Of a stretch of DNA of 64,000 nt, positions 13,700 to 25,922 are shown piece after piece. Each line of letters opens with the position of its first letter. The stretch's first letter is position 1. This DNA is from Hormiphora californensis (taxonomy: Eukaryota; Animalia; Ctenophora): contig CM035362.1 of the NCBI GenBank assembly GCA_020137815.1, positions 3,224,001-3,288,000 of the forward strand, written 5' to 3'. The notes under the pieces were generated by a model. It searched no databases. It saw only the letters and a list, made by a program, of their open reading frames with translations, and was not told the origin of the DNA. A program made the position numbers and the translations under genes.

Positions 13700-13895
13700 A
13701 AAGTGTGAGCTGAAAGTTTTATGAAGGAGCAGACTTTGTTACTATGCGTAACGGTGGACGGCAGACGACGGACGGACATTTAGTTAACTCCACGATCTGC
13801 TGATTTCAAACCCTGAATGATCTTTTCAGCACGTGCGTGCTAAAAACATCATCCCGGTGAATGCCCTTCGGGCATTCACCCGGCAGGGGAAAATA
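13700..13895 (+). mobile_element. Possible Helentron/DINE-like non-autonomous element end
   Basis: (gacg/gaca)n microsatellite followed by the stem-loop ccggtgaatgccc-ttc-gggcattcacc and an A-run. Second copy at about 35875-36075. Confidence 0.4.
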
Positions 13896-14390
13896 CACAG
13901 TATAATTAGAGGCCCCTGCAGCATCTTCTCACATGTTTAAACGGCTCTAATTAGATAACTACAAAAGATAGAAACTATTCCAAAGTTGTGACTGCACATT
14001 TGGACGATTCTCTGTCCACTCAAGAAGTTTCATAGCCCAACCCTTCATATAAGGGCTGTTTCAGGTCCTCTTTTCGTCACTTTAAAACGTCTTTTTGACT
14101 GTTTTTGGTCATAACTCGTGATTGTTGTCAGAACATCACCCAAATAGCTACAGACACTTTTGGATATACATTAGTTAACTTAAAACAGGTTTCAAGATGA
14201 TCCAAGCACTCCTTCCGTGGGCACGACCGCGCACCAATAGTGGTCCTGACTAGTATGCCATTTTGATCATTGTTCCTCAAAACCAGATTTTATTGATTAT
14301 TTACTCTGACTAGCGGCAAAAACATCCTTGCTTTTTATAACTTTTTTATGAGACAACTTTTCAGTCAGTGTAAAGTTTTCACCCGCGCTG

Positions 14391-15303
14391 ATGTCTATAA
14401 ACCAATGGTGTGTGGTTGCTATAGGAACGGCTGGTATCCTAAACAACGTGTACTCCCTGTACTACAACTTCAGAAGAAAAGGGTTCCCAAGGCAACTCTA
14501 CATAGTTTTAAACTGCATTGATCTCAGTGTTTGTGTCATCGGAATTCTGTACATTTTAGATGCACTTTTAGGGATCCGGATTCCGTTTTTCATAAACACC
14601 ATTGCCAATCTGAGCTCTGGAATTTGGACTTGTATAATTGGCGGTGCTCGACTTTTAGCCATGTCCCGGCCATTTTACCACATAAACAAGAGGGTATTCT
14701 GGTCAATCTCTACTGTGCTGTTGGCTATGGGAACAATTCCACTAGCGATTATCGTGCAGGCAAAAAGGTCATATAATACGTTACTGGACGTTTTTCATTT
14801 ATGCAACTGGGATTGTCCTGGTAAACTTTGTGCTAACAGTTTGGACGTGCATCCTTCTTATCCGAAAATCAGACGTCGCAGCAGAAAGAGATCAACAACG
14901 GAGGAACGCTGCCGTTACCGTTGTTCTACTGGGTGTTGTGTTCCTCCTCACCAATATCAGTGGTGCGATAATGTGGGGACTGCTTTTGTTTGCAAATAGC
15001 GATTCCAACGCTTATGGTCCTTATTTCCTTGGCGTGCTGTTTTATTTTATAATGATTAACGCGGCGCTAAACCCGCTGGTTATTTTAAGAAAGCAGCTGA
15101 TAGGTAAGTGCTGTAGCGGTCGTCGACTGGATTCTGTTCGCAGTATGTTTCGAAATAAAACAGTATCTGCGGAGGTGTGTGAGGCAGTCACCCCTCCACT
15201 ACCGGCAACAACTGCGGAGACGCGTATTGTGACATCAACAGAAGTGAAGGGGTGTACCTTCCAGCTGGTCCCTGATTGGCTGATAGCCAGTCACGTGACC
15301 TAA
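14391..15303 (+). CDS. Intronless small 7TM GPCR, copy 1 (1-nt frameshift, probably a sequencing error)
   Basis: ORFs 14391-14999 and 14830-15303 join if one A is removed from caaaaagg at about 14765; the duplicate at about 36950 has one fewer A. Motifs GILNN, LNCID, GARLLAMSRPF, NAALNPL. Confidence 0.85.
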
Positions 15304-15664
15304 ATAACGAGTTATGATTGGTTGTTTGAAATTGTGTCGGTCGGTTCCTGGAAGGGTTTACCTCTACTGAAGTGGCAGCTGATCCCTCGAGATAATATAT
15401 GAGTTCATTGAACTTCGGTATGATCATCCAGCTAATTAGCATGCTAAAGAAGAATTATTTCAGAATTGGTTGCCAAGTAGAACTACTTAAAGAGAGTTCA
15501 CCTGAAACACAATATAAGAGTGCTCTGTAACTGACATTAAGCTGTGATATTTTACTTTCATTTTTCAAACGTATAGCCATCGTGTATTTTTGACCAAGCT
15601 GGAATTGGAAAAATTGGGTGGTATGACCATGGAGAAGGATTGAATCTACCATCTGCAGAAATAC

Positions 15665-15771
15665 CAGGAACGACCGAATCAGGAAATACTGATTCCTTAT
15701 TGGCTGATATCCAGTCACGTGACCTAAATAACGAGTTCTGATTGGTTGTTTACTTGTTTCGGTCGGTCCTG
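15665..15771. mobile_element. hAT-like MITE family A
   Basis: Same TIR and core as the 9101 copy. Paralogous positions at 24419-24526, 27207-27315 and 37826-37931. Confidence 0.85.
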
Positions 15772-17153
15772 AGAAACAATGCATGATGAGGAGAAGAAGG
15801 AGAAGATCTATTTATTAGATTCGATACCAGAAATAAATTATTAAAAACTAGGACCAACAGATAGATTTTCACACGAGGTTTTTGGCGATCATTTTGTGTC
15901 TTTCGAATCACCCGAAGGGCCAACTATAGGTTGAATACTAACTAAATGGGAGAGAGAAGAAAATTGTCCACCGCTACTGCTAGGCAACTGCTTCTTCATA
16001 AATATTGGGGAACGCTGACATCACCATCCGTTCTTAGCCTATCTCTCACTTTCTTCCTACCCATGTTGTTGCATGTACGCTCTGGGCTTCCTGACAATGC
16101 CAAGGTGCGAATTTATGAGATCAATGTCAGGAGGTGCAGTGCTGTTCCAGAAACTCATCTCGTGAAAACTTGCGCGTATGAGCCAATTCGGAGATTTCTA
16201 TATTCGATTGGAGTAATCACCCTTGGGCGACGGTGGTAAAGCTATTAGTAGTCGTTGATTGGCGTAATCTGTCATATTCTCCTAGCCTGCCTTGACAGCA
16301 GCAGTTCTCCTGGACCTAGATAAATGTTGCCGAATAGCGCTTGGGGTGGAAGAGCTAGAACATCAGGACAGAAGTAAAAGAATGTACGTGCAGAATTGAA
16401 TTTCCCCTTGGTATACCCAACTGCAACCGGGAGAGAGGTCTCCAGATCCCTCTAATATTGCACATGCAAGTTGTAGTTGCTAGGTGACATAGGTGTCACA
16501 AAATTTGCTTAGTAAGTAGTATGATATTCTATCTATTATTATAATTGTTTCTTTAAGAAAACTCTCTTAGTTTCTCTCTCTCCCTCACCCTCATTCTCTA
16601 GCACCATTATACTAACGACATTAAGTAACACAATGGTTTGCTGGACAGCAATATACATACAAGTTTTGTGGCATGCAGCGGGTCGTACATGTATTGCCAT
16701 TATAATAATTCTTAGTCTAAGCGCTTAGTCTAAGCATTATTACAATGACAATACCTAGTCGGATGCGCTAGTTCTCAATATCATATAAATTGAGCACCAT
16801 GTTCCTCCCGAGCTGAGAGGGAGTTTGCAAAAGCCGAGAGAATTGTTTTCGAGTGCAGGGCAATCTCTCACCGTGGGGTTATAGGACCTCAAATATGCAA
16901 GCCACAAGGATAGTAGATCAGTCGATAACTACATCGAACCCTCCCAATTGTTCCAGTTTTTGATACATTTGTTTGGAGCCTCGACACGACCTCTAAACGT
17001 GTGCTAATTAATATAATTTGTCTCTGTATTCCATTTTGATCATTGTTCCTCAAAACCAGATTTTTTGATTATTACTCTAGCGGCAAAATATCCTTGCTTT
17101 TTATGACTTTTTTATTAGACAACTTTTCAGTCAGTGAAAGTTTTCACCCGCTG

Positions 17154-18520
17154 ATGTCTATACACGGCTTGTGTGTGGTTGCTATAGGAACGGCTGGTAT
17201 CCTAAGCAACGTGTACTCCCTGTACTACAACTTCAGAAGAAAAGGGTTCCCAAGGCAACTCTACATAGTTTTAAACTTTATTGACCTCAGTGTTTGTGCT
17301 ATCGGAGTAATGAAGATCATAATTCCAATTAACTTAATGAGTATTATATGCATCTTCGCCAATCAGACTTCTGGAATTTGGACTTGTATAATTGGCGGTG
17401 CTCGGCTTTTAGTCATGTCCCGGCCATTTTACCAAATAAACAAGACTTTATTCTGGTCAATCTCTACTGTGCTGTTGGTTATGGGAACAATTACACCAGC
17501 GATTCTTATACAGGCAACAGTTTCAACGATCTGGATGTTTTTCATTTGTGCAACTGGAATCGTCCTGGTTAACCTTGTGCTAACAGTTTGGACATGCATC
17601 CTTCGGCAGGTGCACAGTTGCTCGACAGTCTATTTCTGGCTGCTATTTCTGGCTGCTATTTCTGGCTGCTATTTCTGGCTGCTATTTCTGGCTGCTATTT
17701 CTGGCTGCAAGATACCGAATCACTTCACCGATTCGTTTCCCGTATCCCATACCAAATTAGTTGCAGATACCGAATTATTTCAACCGATTCGTCTCCCGTA
17801 TCCCATACCAATTACAGTTACAGATACCAAATCACTTCACACCGATTCGTCTCTCGTATCCCATACAGAGATAGAGGATCACGTGAGAGAAAACCTATTT
17901 CTGGCTGCTAGACCCTATTTCTGGCTGCTAAAATCTATTTCTGGCTGCTAAATCTATTTCTGGCTGCTTACAGCCAGAAATAGGTCTAGCAGCCAGAAAT
18001 AGGTCTTGCAGCCAGAAATAGCAGCCAGAAATAGCAGCCAGAAATAGCAGCCAGAAATAGCAGCCAGAAATAGCAGCCAGAAATAGACTGTCGAGCAACT
18101 GTGCACCTGCCCATCCTTCTTATCCGAAAATCAGACGTCGCAGCAGAAAGAGATCAACAACGCAGGAACGCTGCCGTTACAGTTGTTCTACTGGGTGTTG
18201 TGTTCCTCCTTACCAATATCAGTGGTGCGATAATGTGGGGACTGCATTTGTTTGCAAGTAGAGATTTCACTGCTAGTCATACTGCCTATAAAGCCTATAA
18301 AGCTTCCATCCTTGTGCTGATGGTTTTGATGGTGGTTAACGCGGTAATAACCCCGCTGGTCATTTTAAGAAAGCAGCTGATAGGTCAATGCTGCAGCGGA
18401 CTGGATTCTGTTCGCAGTATGTTTCGAAATAAAACAGCATCTGTGGAGGTTGGTGAGGCAGTCACCCCTCCACTATCGGCAACAACTGCGGAGACGCGTA
18501 TTGTGACATCAACAGAATGA
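17154..18520 (+). pseudogene. Intronless 7TM GPCR, copy 2, disrupted by a transposon at the end of TM5
   Basis: ATG at 17154 (MSIHGLC...) runs to WTCIL at 17604 and resumes as LIRKSDVAAERD at 18112-18520. Removing the insert and one TSD copy restores the frame. Confidence 0.9.
17605..18111. mobile_element. Merlin-like foldback MITE
   Basis: TIR ggcaggtgcacagttgctcgacagtctatttctggctgc / gcagccagaaatagactgtcgagcaactgtgcacctgcc, GG..CC termini and a perfect 8-bp TSD catccttc. The arms are built of 13-bp tatttctggctgc repeats. Confidence 0.85.
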
Positions 18521-19443
18521 AGGGGTTCACCTCTACAGCTGGTCCCTGATTGGCTGATAACCAGTCACGTGACCTAAATAACGAGTTATGATTGGTTGTT
18601 TACTTGTGTCGCTCGGTTCCTGGAAGGGGTTTACCCCGGCCCTACTGAAGTGGCAGCTGATCCCTCGAGATAATATATGAGTTCATTGAACTTCGGTATG
18701 ATCATGCCGATCCAGCTGATTAGTATAGATTAGTATAGAATGCTAAAGAAGAATTATTTCAGAATTGTTTGCCAAGTAAAACTAATTAAAGAGAGAGCAC
18801 CTGAAATACAATATAAGAGTGCTATGTAACTGATATTAAGCTGATATATTTTACTTTCAAACGTATAGCCATCGTGTATATTGTTTCAGCCTCTGAATCT
18901 GACCGTGAATTGCTCTTTGAGATGAGGGAGTTTTCTTCTTATTACTTGAGCCTAGCTATTACGAGACAGATGAAGTCAAACCCTGTCGTTGAAGATACTT
19001 CGTTTGACACTAGACTTGCACACCTCTCCATGCTGGAGGGTGAGATTCCTTCCCACGCCCTTGAGATGCAGGCCGCGGCTAATGTCTATTGGAGGGATAG
19101 CAATAGTGTCCTACAGACCAGGCAGGAAACTGCCTGGAGCATCTCACATACCACTCAGGGAAACAGAGCAGCAGCCCTAGGCGGTGTGTCCCATATAATA
19201 TATCTTCTTTCCGCTCACTACACCTCTCTCACAGTCTAGAGAGAATCACCCCGTCCGAGGCTAACGCCTGTCATACGTATGGCCTGGGGTAGCACCAGCT
19301 CCCCAACTCTGCTTGGGCCGAAGCAGCTGGCAATACACCGAACATACGTAGAACGCAGGGTTGTTACTACGCTTCAAACCGCCCTTCAGCAAAAGCCCAG
19401 GCTGAAGGAGGTCAAATCTCAACTGGCTCTTGAGTAGTCCCAA

Positions 19444-19612
19444 GGACTACACTAATCCCGTAGCCTCGCTACCACCGACCCTCGGCAAAATTCCCACGCC
19501 GAGATTCGGGTTAAGCTCAAGGGGTAATATCGTAGCCCAACCAGGACTACACTAACCGGTAGCCACGCTACCACCGACCCTCGGCAAAATTCCCACGCCG
19601 AGATCGGGTTAA
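19444..19612. repeat. About 100-bp tandem duplication interrupted by the 19613 element
   Basis: aggactacactaa..ctaccaccgaccctcggcaaaattcccacgccgagat.cgggttaa occurs twice. The second unit continues after 21434 (ctcaaggggtaatatcgtagc). Confidence 0.8.
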
Positions 19613-21430
19613 AGGGCCTAAAAACCCAAATTTTATTTATTTATTTTGAACACTACATCGTAACAAGCATGCTATTGGAGTCCCAAAAAAATAGGTACAC
19701 GCCCCACGGACCCAAGGTGAGCCCAGGGGTGCACACGGTGTCCCTTAAGGAGGTGAAACCTCGACTAGATAAAGTTTTTTGGACACCGGACCTAGGTTAC
19801 GTATTTTTGACCGAGAATCCGAAAACATAAATTAAAATAAAAAACGTAGCGGTTTTTGCGTAAAACGCCAAAAACTGTCATTTTTCAGCGACTTCGACTT
19901 TTTACGCTTCTAGAGATTTTAAAAATATTTCCTTACAAGATATGATCTTGTGCTTCTAGACTAATAAAATAAATCGATTTGCTACAAATTGGTCCGGGTT
20001 TGTGTGATTTGGTCAAAGCTCTCTTTACTGTGGCCCATCAAAGATGGCTACTCTGCAAATACGTTTTTGGCTCCTGTGGCCACAGATGTAAACCAAAAGA
20101 AGATTTATTATACACCAAAATTTGCGTCTTCTGAGGCGAACAAACCTGGTTTTTACGAAATTTGATTTCATGCAGGCGTTCAAAAATTACAGCCGAAAAC
20201 TGGTACAGTGGATTTCGGAATACCCCTACTTCAACAAACCCTAATCCAGATAAGATTTCGAAAAATATACATCTTCATACATGAAAATGAAGCTCAGACA
20301 AATGCCAACGTGATGCAAAAAACGGGAAGGGTGTAACTTATTTCGTTTAGAAGCTATAGCGAAAATAAAAGTGCTTGTATTTGCCTGAAAACATCCTCTA
20401 AAAGCCCTGAAAAATAGTAATCTGTCTAAAATGAACAATACATAAAATGTCACCTCCAGTGCACCAACTTAGCCCCTGTGGACAGAATTGTTTTGAAATT
20501 GTAGAAATTGTCTGAAGTATGGTTTTTAGAGGGTGTTTTCAAGGCAAATACAAGCACTTTTATTTTCGCTATAGCTTCTAAACGAAATAAGTTACACACT
20601 TCCCGTTTTTTGCATCACGTTGGCATTTGTCTGAGCTTCATTTTCATGTACGAAGTGTATATTTTTCGAAATCTTATCTGGATTAGGGTTTGTTGAAGTA
20701 GGGGTATTTTCCGAAATCCACTGTACCAGTTTTTCGGCTGTAATTTTTGAACGCCTGCATGAAATCAAATTTCGTAAAAACCAGGTTGTTCGCCTTCAGA
20801 AGAACGCAAATTTTGGGTATAAAAATCTCTTTTGGTTTACATCTGCGGCACAGGAGCCAAAACGTATTTGCAGAGTAGCCATCTTTGATGGGCCACAGTA
20901 AAGAGAGCTTTTGACCAAATCACACAAACCCGGGACCAATTTGTAGCAAATCGATTGTATTTTATTAGTCTAGAAGCACAAGATCATATCTTGTAAGGAA
21001 ATATTTAAAATCTCTGAAAGCGTAAAAAGTAGAAATCGCTGAAAAATGACAGTTTTTGCCGTTTTACGCAAAAACCGCTACGTTTTTGATTTTATTTATG
21101 TTTTTCGGATTCCTCGGTCAAAAATACGTAACTTAGGTCCAGTCTCCAAAAAACTTTATCTAGTCGAGGTTTCACCTCCTTAAGGGACACCGTGTGCACA
21201 AGGATAAATTTACCCAAAACTTCAAATTTGAGAGAGGATCATATTGTTAGCATTTGAAGGAGTACAAGCGCGTTTACAAGGGGACCCCAAATGGGCCCCA
21301 ACTTAAGGGGCTCTCCTGGGCTCACCTGGGGTCCATGTGGCGTGTGCCTATGCTTTTTGGGACTCCAATAGCATGCTTGTTACGATGGAGTGTTCAAAAT
21401 AATTAATTAAAATTTGGGTTTTTAGGCCCT
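19613..21430. mobile_element. Kolobok-like non-autonomous element (outer)
   Basis: TTAA on both sides, AG..CT termini and about 115-bp imperfect TIR agggcctaaaaacccaaatttta... / ...taaaatttgggtttttaggccct. Confidence 0.8.
19749..21179. mobile_element. Nested foldback element with about 650-bp arms (Kolobok-like)
   Basis: ttaa|ggaggtgaaacctcgactagataaag ... ctttatctagtcgaggtttcacctcc|ttaa. Arms at about 19749-20400 and 20530-21179. Confidence 0.8.
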
Positions 21431-23173
21431 TTAAACTCAAGGGGTAATATCGTAGCTAACCAGTAGCCATGCTACTATACCTACGCTGCTTCAAAAGTCC
21501 ATGAGAAGCGTAGGAAATCCCCAAATGGCTATTCCCTCCCAACCGATGACTGCAGAAAGTTATCAACACCACTCTATAAACTGCTAACTAATACACAAAA
21601 GTAAACTCTTCAGATAACCCGAACCTGCAAATCCTCTTTCAACTTTTAACACAACTACAAACCTAATTTCTATGGAGTGACGCACATAGATACCTAACCC
21701 ACTACTAAAACACATACCAGAGTTCCGATAACTGGGATGGAACCTGCCCTAACTACAATGAACGGCCGGACGCTGCATCTGCATCATAATAGTGTGATGT
21801 TCCATGATCCCACATGGAGTACTGATTACAAATCAGAGGTTGGCAGCGCAAAATCTAGAAGGTGCCACTGTCAATGGAGTGTCCAACTTGTCCTAGCCAT
21901 CGCCACATCAAAAGTGACCAATGCTGAGAACCCACTCATCAAGGACCACCGGAGATACCCGAGACCGGCACAATGTGAAAACAGTGCTGGTGCGGTTCAC
22001 AACCTGTAACCAGCCATGGTAGTGATGGGAGACGACTCAGCCCTTATCTCCAAAACCCTGGACATAAGACGGATGAGGACGAACTCCCGGGGGAGAGAGG
22101 CAACTCTGGAACCTGAGCTCCGTCACACTCGGACGTGAGGTACTGACTGCCGGGCTGGATGACATTACAAGCTGAGGACCGGAAGCGGAGGCGCATGCAA
22201 CAACAACAACAACCACTCCATGCTGGGACAGAGCCCTTACTGGTGTGATATCGACCCATTGGCTAGTCAGCGCCTATCCATCTAGATTAATATAGGATGA
22301 TAGGATAATAAGTTTTTAGCGATTTTTGGAGAAATTTGTCACTACATACACTGCTCCCATAATTGTTATTCTCACAACTATCACCGTTTTCACGCCCCAC
22401 CTCGCTAAACGTTACTAACAATCCGTGGGCCACCTTGTACTTGTATTATGTACCTACTATTCTTATAGCTTTCCCCACAAAATATTCTCGTGACTCTCTC
22501 CGTGCTGTGCCTTACCCTCTCTTGAAAAGGAAGAGGGAGAGCAGATGGAAAATAATGATAGATCCTACTATTAATATGTGTGTCAGATAATTCTTTTAGA
22601 AAATCTCTCTTAGTTTTCTCTCAATCTCTCTCCCTCACCCTCACATATTAGTAACAATGGTTTGCTGGACAGCAATATACATACAAGTTTTGTGGCATGG
22701 CAGGTCGTGCATGTATTGCCATTATAATAATGCTTAGACTAAGCGCTTAGTCTAAGCATTATTATAATGGCATTCCTAGGTGGATGCGCTAGTAGTCAAT
22801 ATTCATATAAAATTGAGCACCATGTTCCTCTCGAGATGAGAGGGAATTTGACATGTTATTACGCCGAGGGAACTGTTTTCGAGTGCAGGGTAATCTCTCA
22901 CCGTGGGGTTGTAGGACCTCAAATATGCAAGCCACAAGGATAGTAGAGTCCCTCCCAATTGTCCTAGTTTTTGATGCATTTGTTTGGAGCCTCAACACGA
23001 CCTCTAAACATGCGCTAATTAATAATTTGTCTCTGTATTCAATTTAGATCATTGTTCCTCAAACCCAGATTTTATTGATCATTTACTCTGACTAGCGGCA
23101 AAAACATCCTTGCTTTTTATAACTTTTTTATAAGACAACTTTTCAGTCAGATGAAAAGTTTTCACCCGCGCTG

Positions 23174-24073
23174 ATGTCTATTATATACAGCTTGTGTGTG
23201 GTTGTTATAGGAACGGCTGGTATCCTAAACAACGTGTACTCCCTGTACTACAACTTCAGAAGAAAAGGGTTCCCAAGGCAACTCTACATAGTTTTAAACT
23301 GCATTGATCTCAGTGTTTGTGTTATCGGAAATCTGTACATTTTAGAAACACTTTTAGGGATCCGGATTCCGTTTTTCATAAACACCATTGCCAATCTGAG
23401 CTCTGGAATTTGGACTTGTATAATTGGCGGTGCTCGACTTTTAGCCATGTCCCGGCCATTTTACCAAATAAACAAGACTTTATTCTGGTCAATCTCTACT
23501 GTGCTGTTGGCTATGGGAACAATTACACCAGCGATTCTTGTATATATTATGCAGGCAAAAGTTTCAACGAACTGGATGATTTTCAGTTGTGCAACTGGAA
23601 TTGTCCTGATTAACCTTATGCTAACAGTTTGTACAGGCATCCTTCTCAACCGAAAATCAGACGTCGCAGCAGAAAGAGATCAACAGCGGAGGAACGCTGC
23701 TGTTACAGTTGTTCTACTGGGTGTTGTGTTTCTCCTTACCAATACCAGTGGTGCGATAATGTGGGGACTGCGTTTGTTTGGAAGTAGAGATTCCACTGCT
23801 AGTTATACTGCTTATAAAGCTTCCATCAAAGCGCTGATGGTTTTGATGGTGGTTAACGCGGCAATTAACCCGCTGGTCATTTTAAGAAAGCAGCTGATAG
23901 GTCAGTGCTGCAGCGGTCGTCGACTGGATTCTGTTCGCAGTATGTTTCGCAATAAAACAGTATCTGCGGAGGTTGGTGAGGCAGTCACCCCTCCACTACC
24001 GGCAACAACTGCGGAGACGCGCATTGTGACATCAACAGAAGTGAAGGGGTTTACCTCTACAGCTGGTCCCTGA
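23174..24073 (+). CDS. Intronless small 7TM GPCR, copy 3 (intact, 299 aa)
   Basis: Uninterrupted ORF with seven hydrophobic segments, GILNN, NCID, ARLLAMSRPFY and NAAINPLV. Confidence 0.92.
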   Translation: MSIIYSLCVVVIGTAGILNNVYSLYYNFRRKGFPRQLYIVLNCIDLSVCVIGNLYILETLLGIRIPFFINTIANLSSGIWTCIIGGARLLAMSRPFYQINKTLFWSISTVLLAMGTITPAILVYIMQAKVSTNWMIFSCATGIVLINLMLTVCTGILLNRKSDVAAERDQQRRNAAVTVVLLGVVFLLTNTSGAIMWGLRLFGSRDSTASYTAYKASIKALMVLMVVNAAINPLVILRKQLIGQCCSGRRLDSVRSMFRNKTVSAEVGEAVTPPLPATTAETRIVTSTEVKGFTSTAGP

Positions 24074-25922
24074 TTGGCTGATAGCCAGTCACGTGACCTA
24101 AATAACGAGTTCTGATTGGTTGTTTGACGTTTGTCACTGTGGCAGCTGAGGCCCGATCCCTCGAGATAATATACATGAGTTCATTGAACTTCGGTATGAT
24201 CATCCAGCCGATTAGAATGCTAAAGAAGAATTATTTCAGAATTGTTTGCCAAGTAAAACTACTTAAAGAGAGTGCGTCTGAATAACAATATAGAGTGCTA
24301 TGTAACTGATATTTAGCTGATATATTTTGCTTTCAAACGTATAGCCATCGTGTATTTTTGACCAAGGGAATTGGGTGGTATGACCATGGAGAAGGATTGA
24401 ATCTACCATCAGAAATTCCAGGAACCGACCGAATCAGGAAATACTGATTCCTATTGGCTGATATCCAGTCACGTGACCTAAATAACGAGTTCTGATTGGT
24501 TGTTTACTTGTTTCGGTCGGTTCCTGAGAAACAATGCATGATGATGGATGGAAGAAGGAGAAGATCTATCTATCTAGATTCGATACAAGAATAAATTATA
24601 AAAACTAGGACCAACAGATAGATTTCACACGAGGTTTTTGGCGATCATTTTGTGTCTTTCAGAATCACCCGAAGGGCCAACTATAGGTTGAATACTAACT
24701 AAATTGGGAGAGAAGAAAAATTGTCCACCGCTACCTGCTAGGCAACTGCTTCTTCATAAATTTGGGGAACGCTGACATCACCATCCGTTCTAGCCTACTC
24801 TCACTTTTTCCTACCCATGTTGTTGCATGTACGCTCTGGGCTTCCTGACAATGCCAAGGTGCGAATTTATGAGATCAATGTCAGGGAGGTGCAGTGCTGT
24901 TCCAGAAACTCATCTCGTGAAAACTTGGCCGCTATGTAGCCAATTCGGAGATTTCTATATTCGATTGGAGTAATCACCCTTGGGCGACGGTGGGTAAAGC
25001 TATTAGTAGTCGTTGATTGGCGTAATCTGTCATATTCTCTAGCCTGCTCCCTGACAGCAGCAGTTCTCCTGGACCTAGATAAATGTTGCCGAATAGCGCT
25101 TGGGGTGGAAGAGCTAGACATCAGGACAGAAGTAAAAGAATGTACGTGCAGAATTGAATTTCCCCTTGGTTATACCCAACTGCAACCGGGAGAGAGGTCT
25201 CCAGATCCCTCTAATAATTGCACATGCAAGTGTAGTTGCTAGGTGACATAGGTGTCACAAAATTTGCTTAGTAAGTAGTATGATATTCTATTCTATTATT
25301 ATAATATGTTTCTTTAAGAAAATCTCTCTTAGTTTTCTCTCTCTCCCTCACCCTCATTCTCTAGCACCATTATACTAACGACATTAAGTAACACAATGGT
25401 TTGCTGGACAGCAATATACATACAAGTTTTGTGGCATGCAGCGGGTCGTACATGTATTGCCATTATAATAATTCTTAGTCTAAGCGCTTAGTCTAAGCAT
25501 TATTACAATGACAATACCTAGTCGGATGCGCTAGTTCTCAATATTCATATAAAATTGAGCACCATGTTCCTCCCGAGCTGAGAGGGAGTTTGACAAAAGC
25601 CGAGAGAATTGTTTTCGAGTGCAGGGCAATCTCTCACCGTGGGGTTATAGGACCTCAAATATGCAAGCCACAAGGATAGTAGATCAGTCGATAACTACAT
25701 CGAACCCTCCCAATTGTTCCAGTTTTTGATACATTTGTTTGGAGCCTCGACACGACCTCTAAACGTGTGCTAATTAATATAATTTGTCTCTGTATTCCAT
25801 TTTGATCATTGTTCCTCAAAACCAGATTTTTTGATTATTTACTCTAGCGGCAAAAACATCCTTGCTTTTTATAACTTTTTTATAAGACAACTTTTCAGTC
25901 AGTGAAAAGTTTTCACCCGCTG

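Noticed and set aside
14761-14770. Programmed frameshifting in GPCR or channel genes
   Set aside because: The shifts fall mostly in homopolymers and differ between duplicate copies, so sequencing error is the simpler explanation.
14531-14776. Alternate-frame and antisense ORFs over the GPCR copies
   Set aside because: Shadow ORFs of the real receptor frame.
18874-19443. 121-aa ORF and neighbouring GC-richer sequence, continuing at 21480-22270
   Set aside because: Probably a decayed retroelement, but I could not identify RT, endonuclease or gag motifs.
24867-25121. 84-aa minus-strand ORF repeated at 38271 and, broken, near 16100-16370
   Set aside because: Its conservation is explained by recent duplication of the GPCR unit; no recognisable motif.
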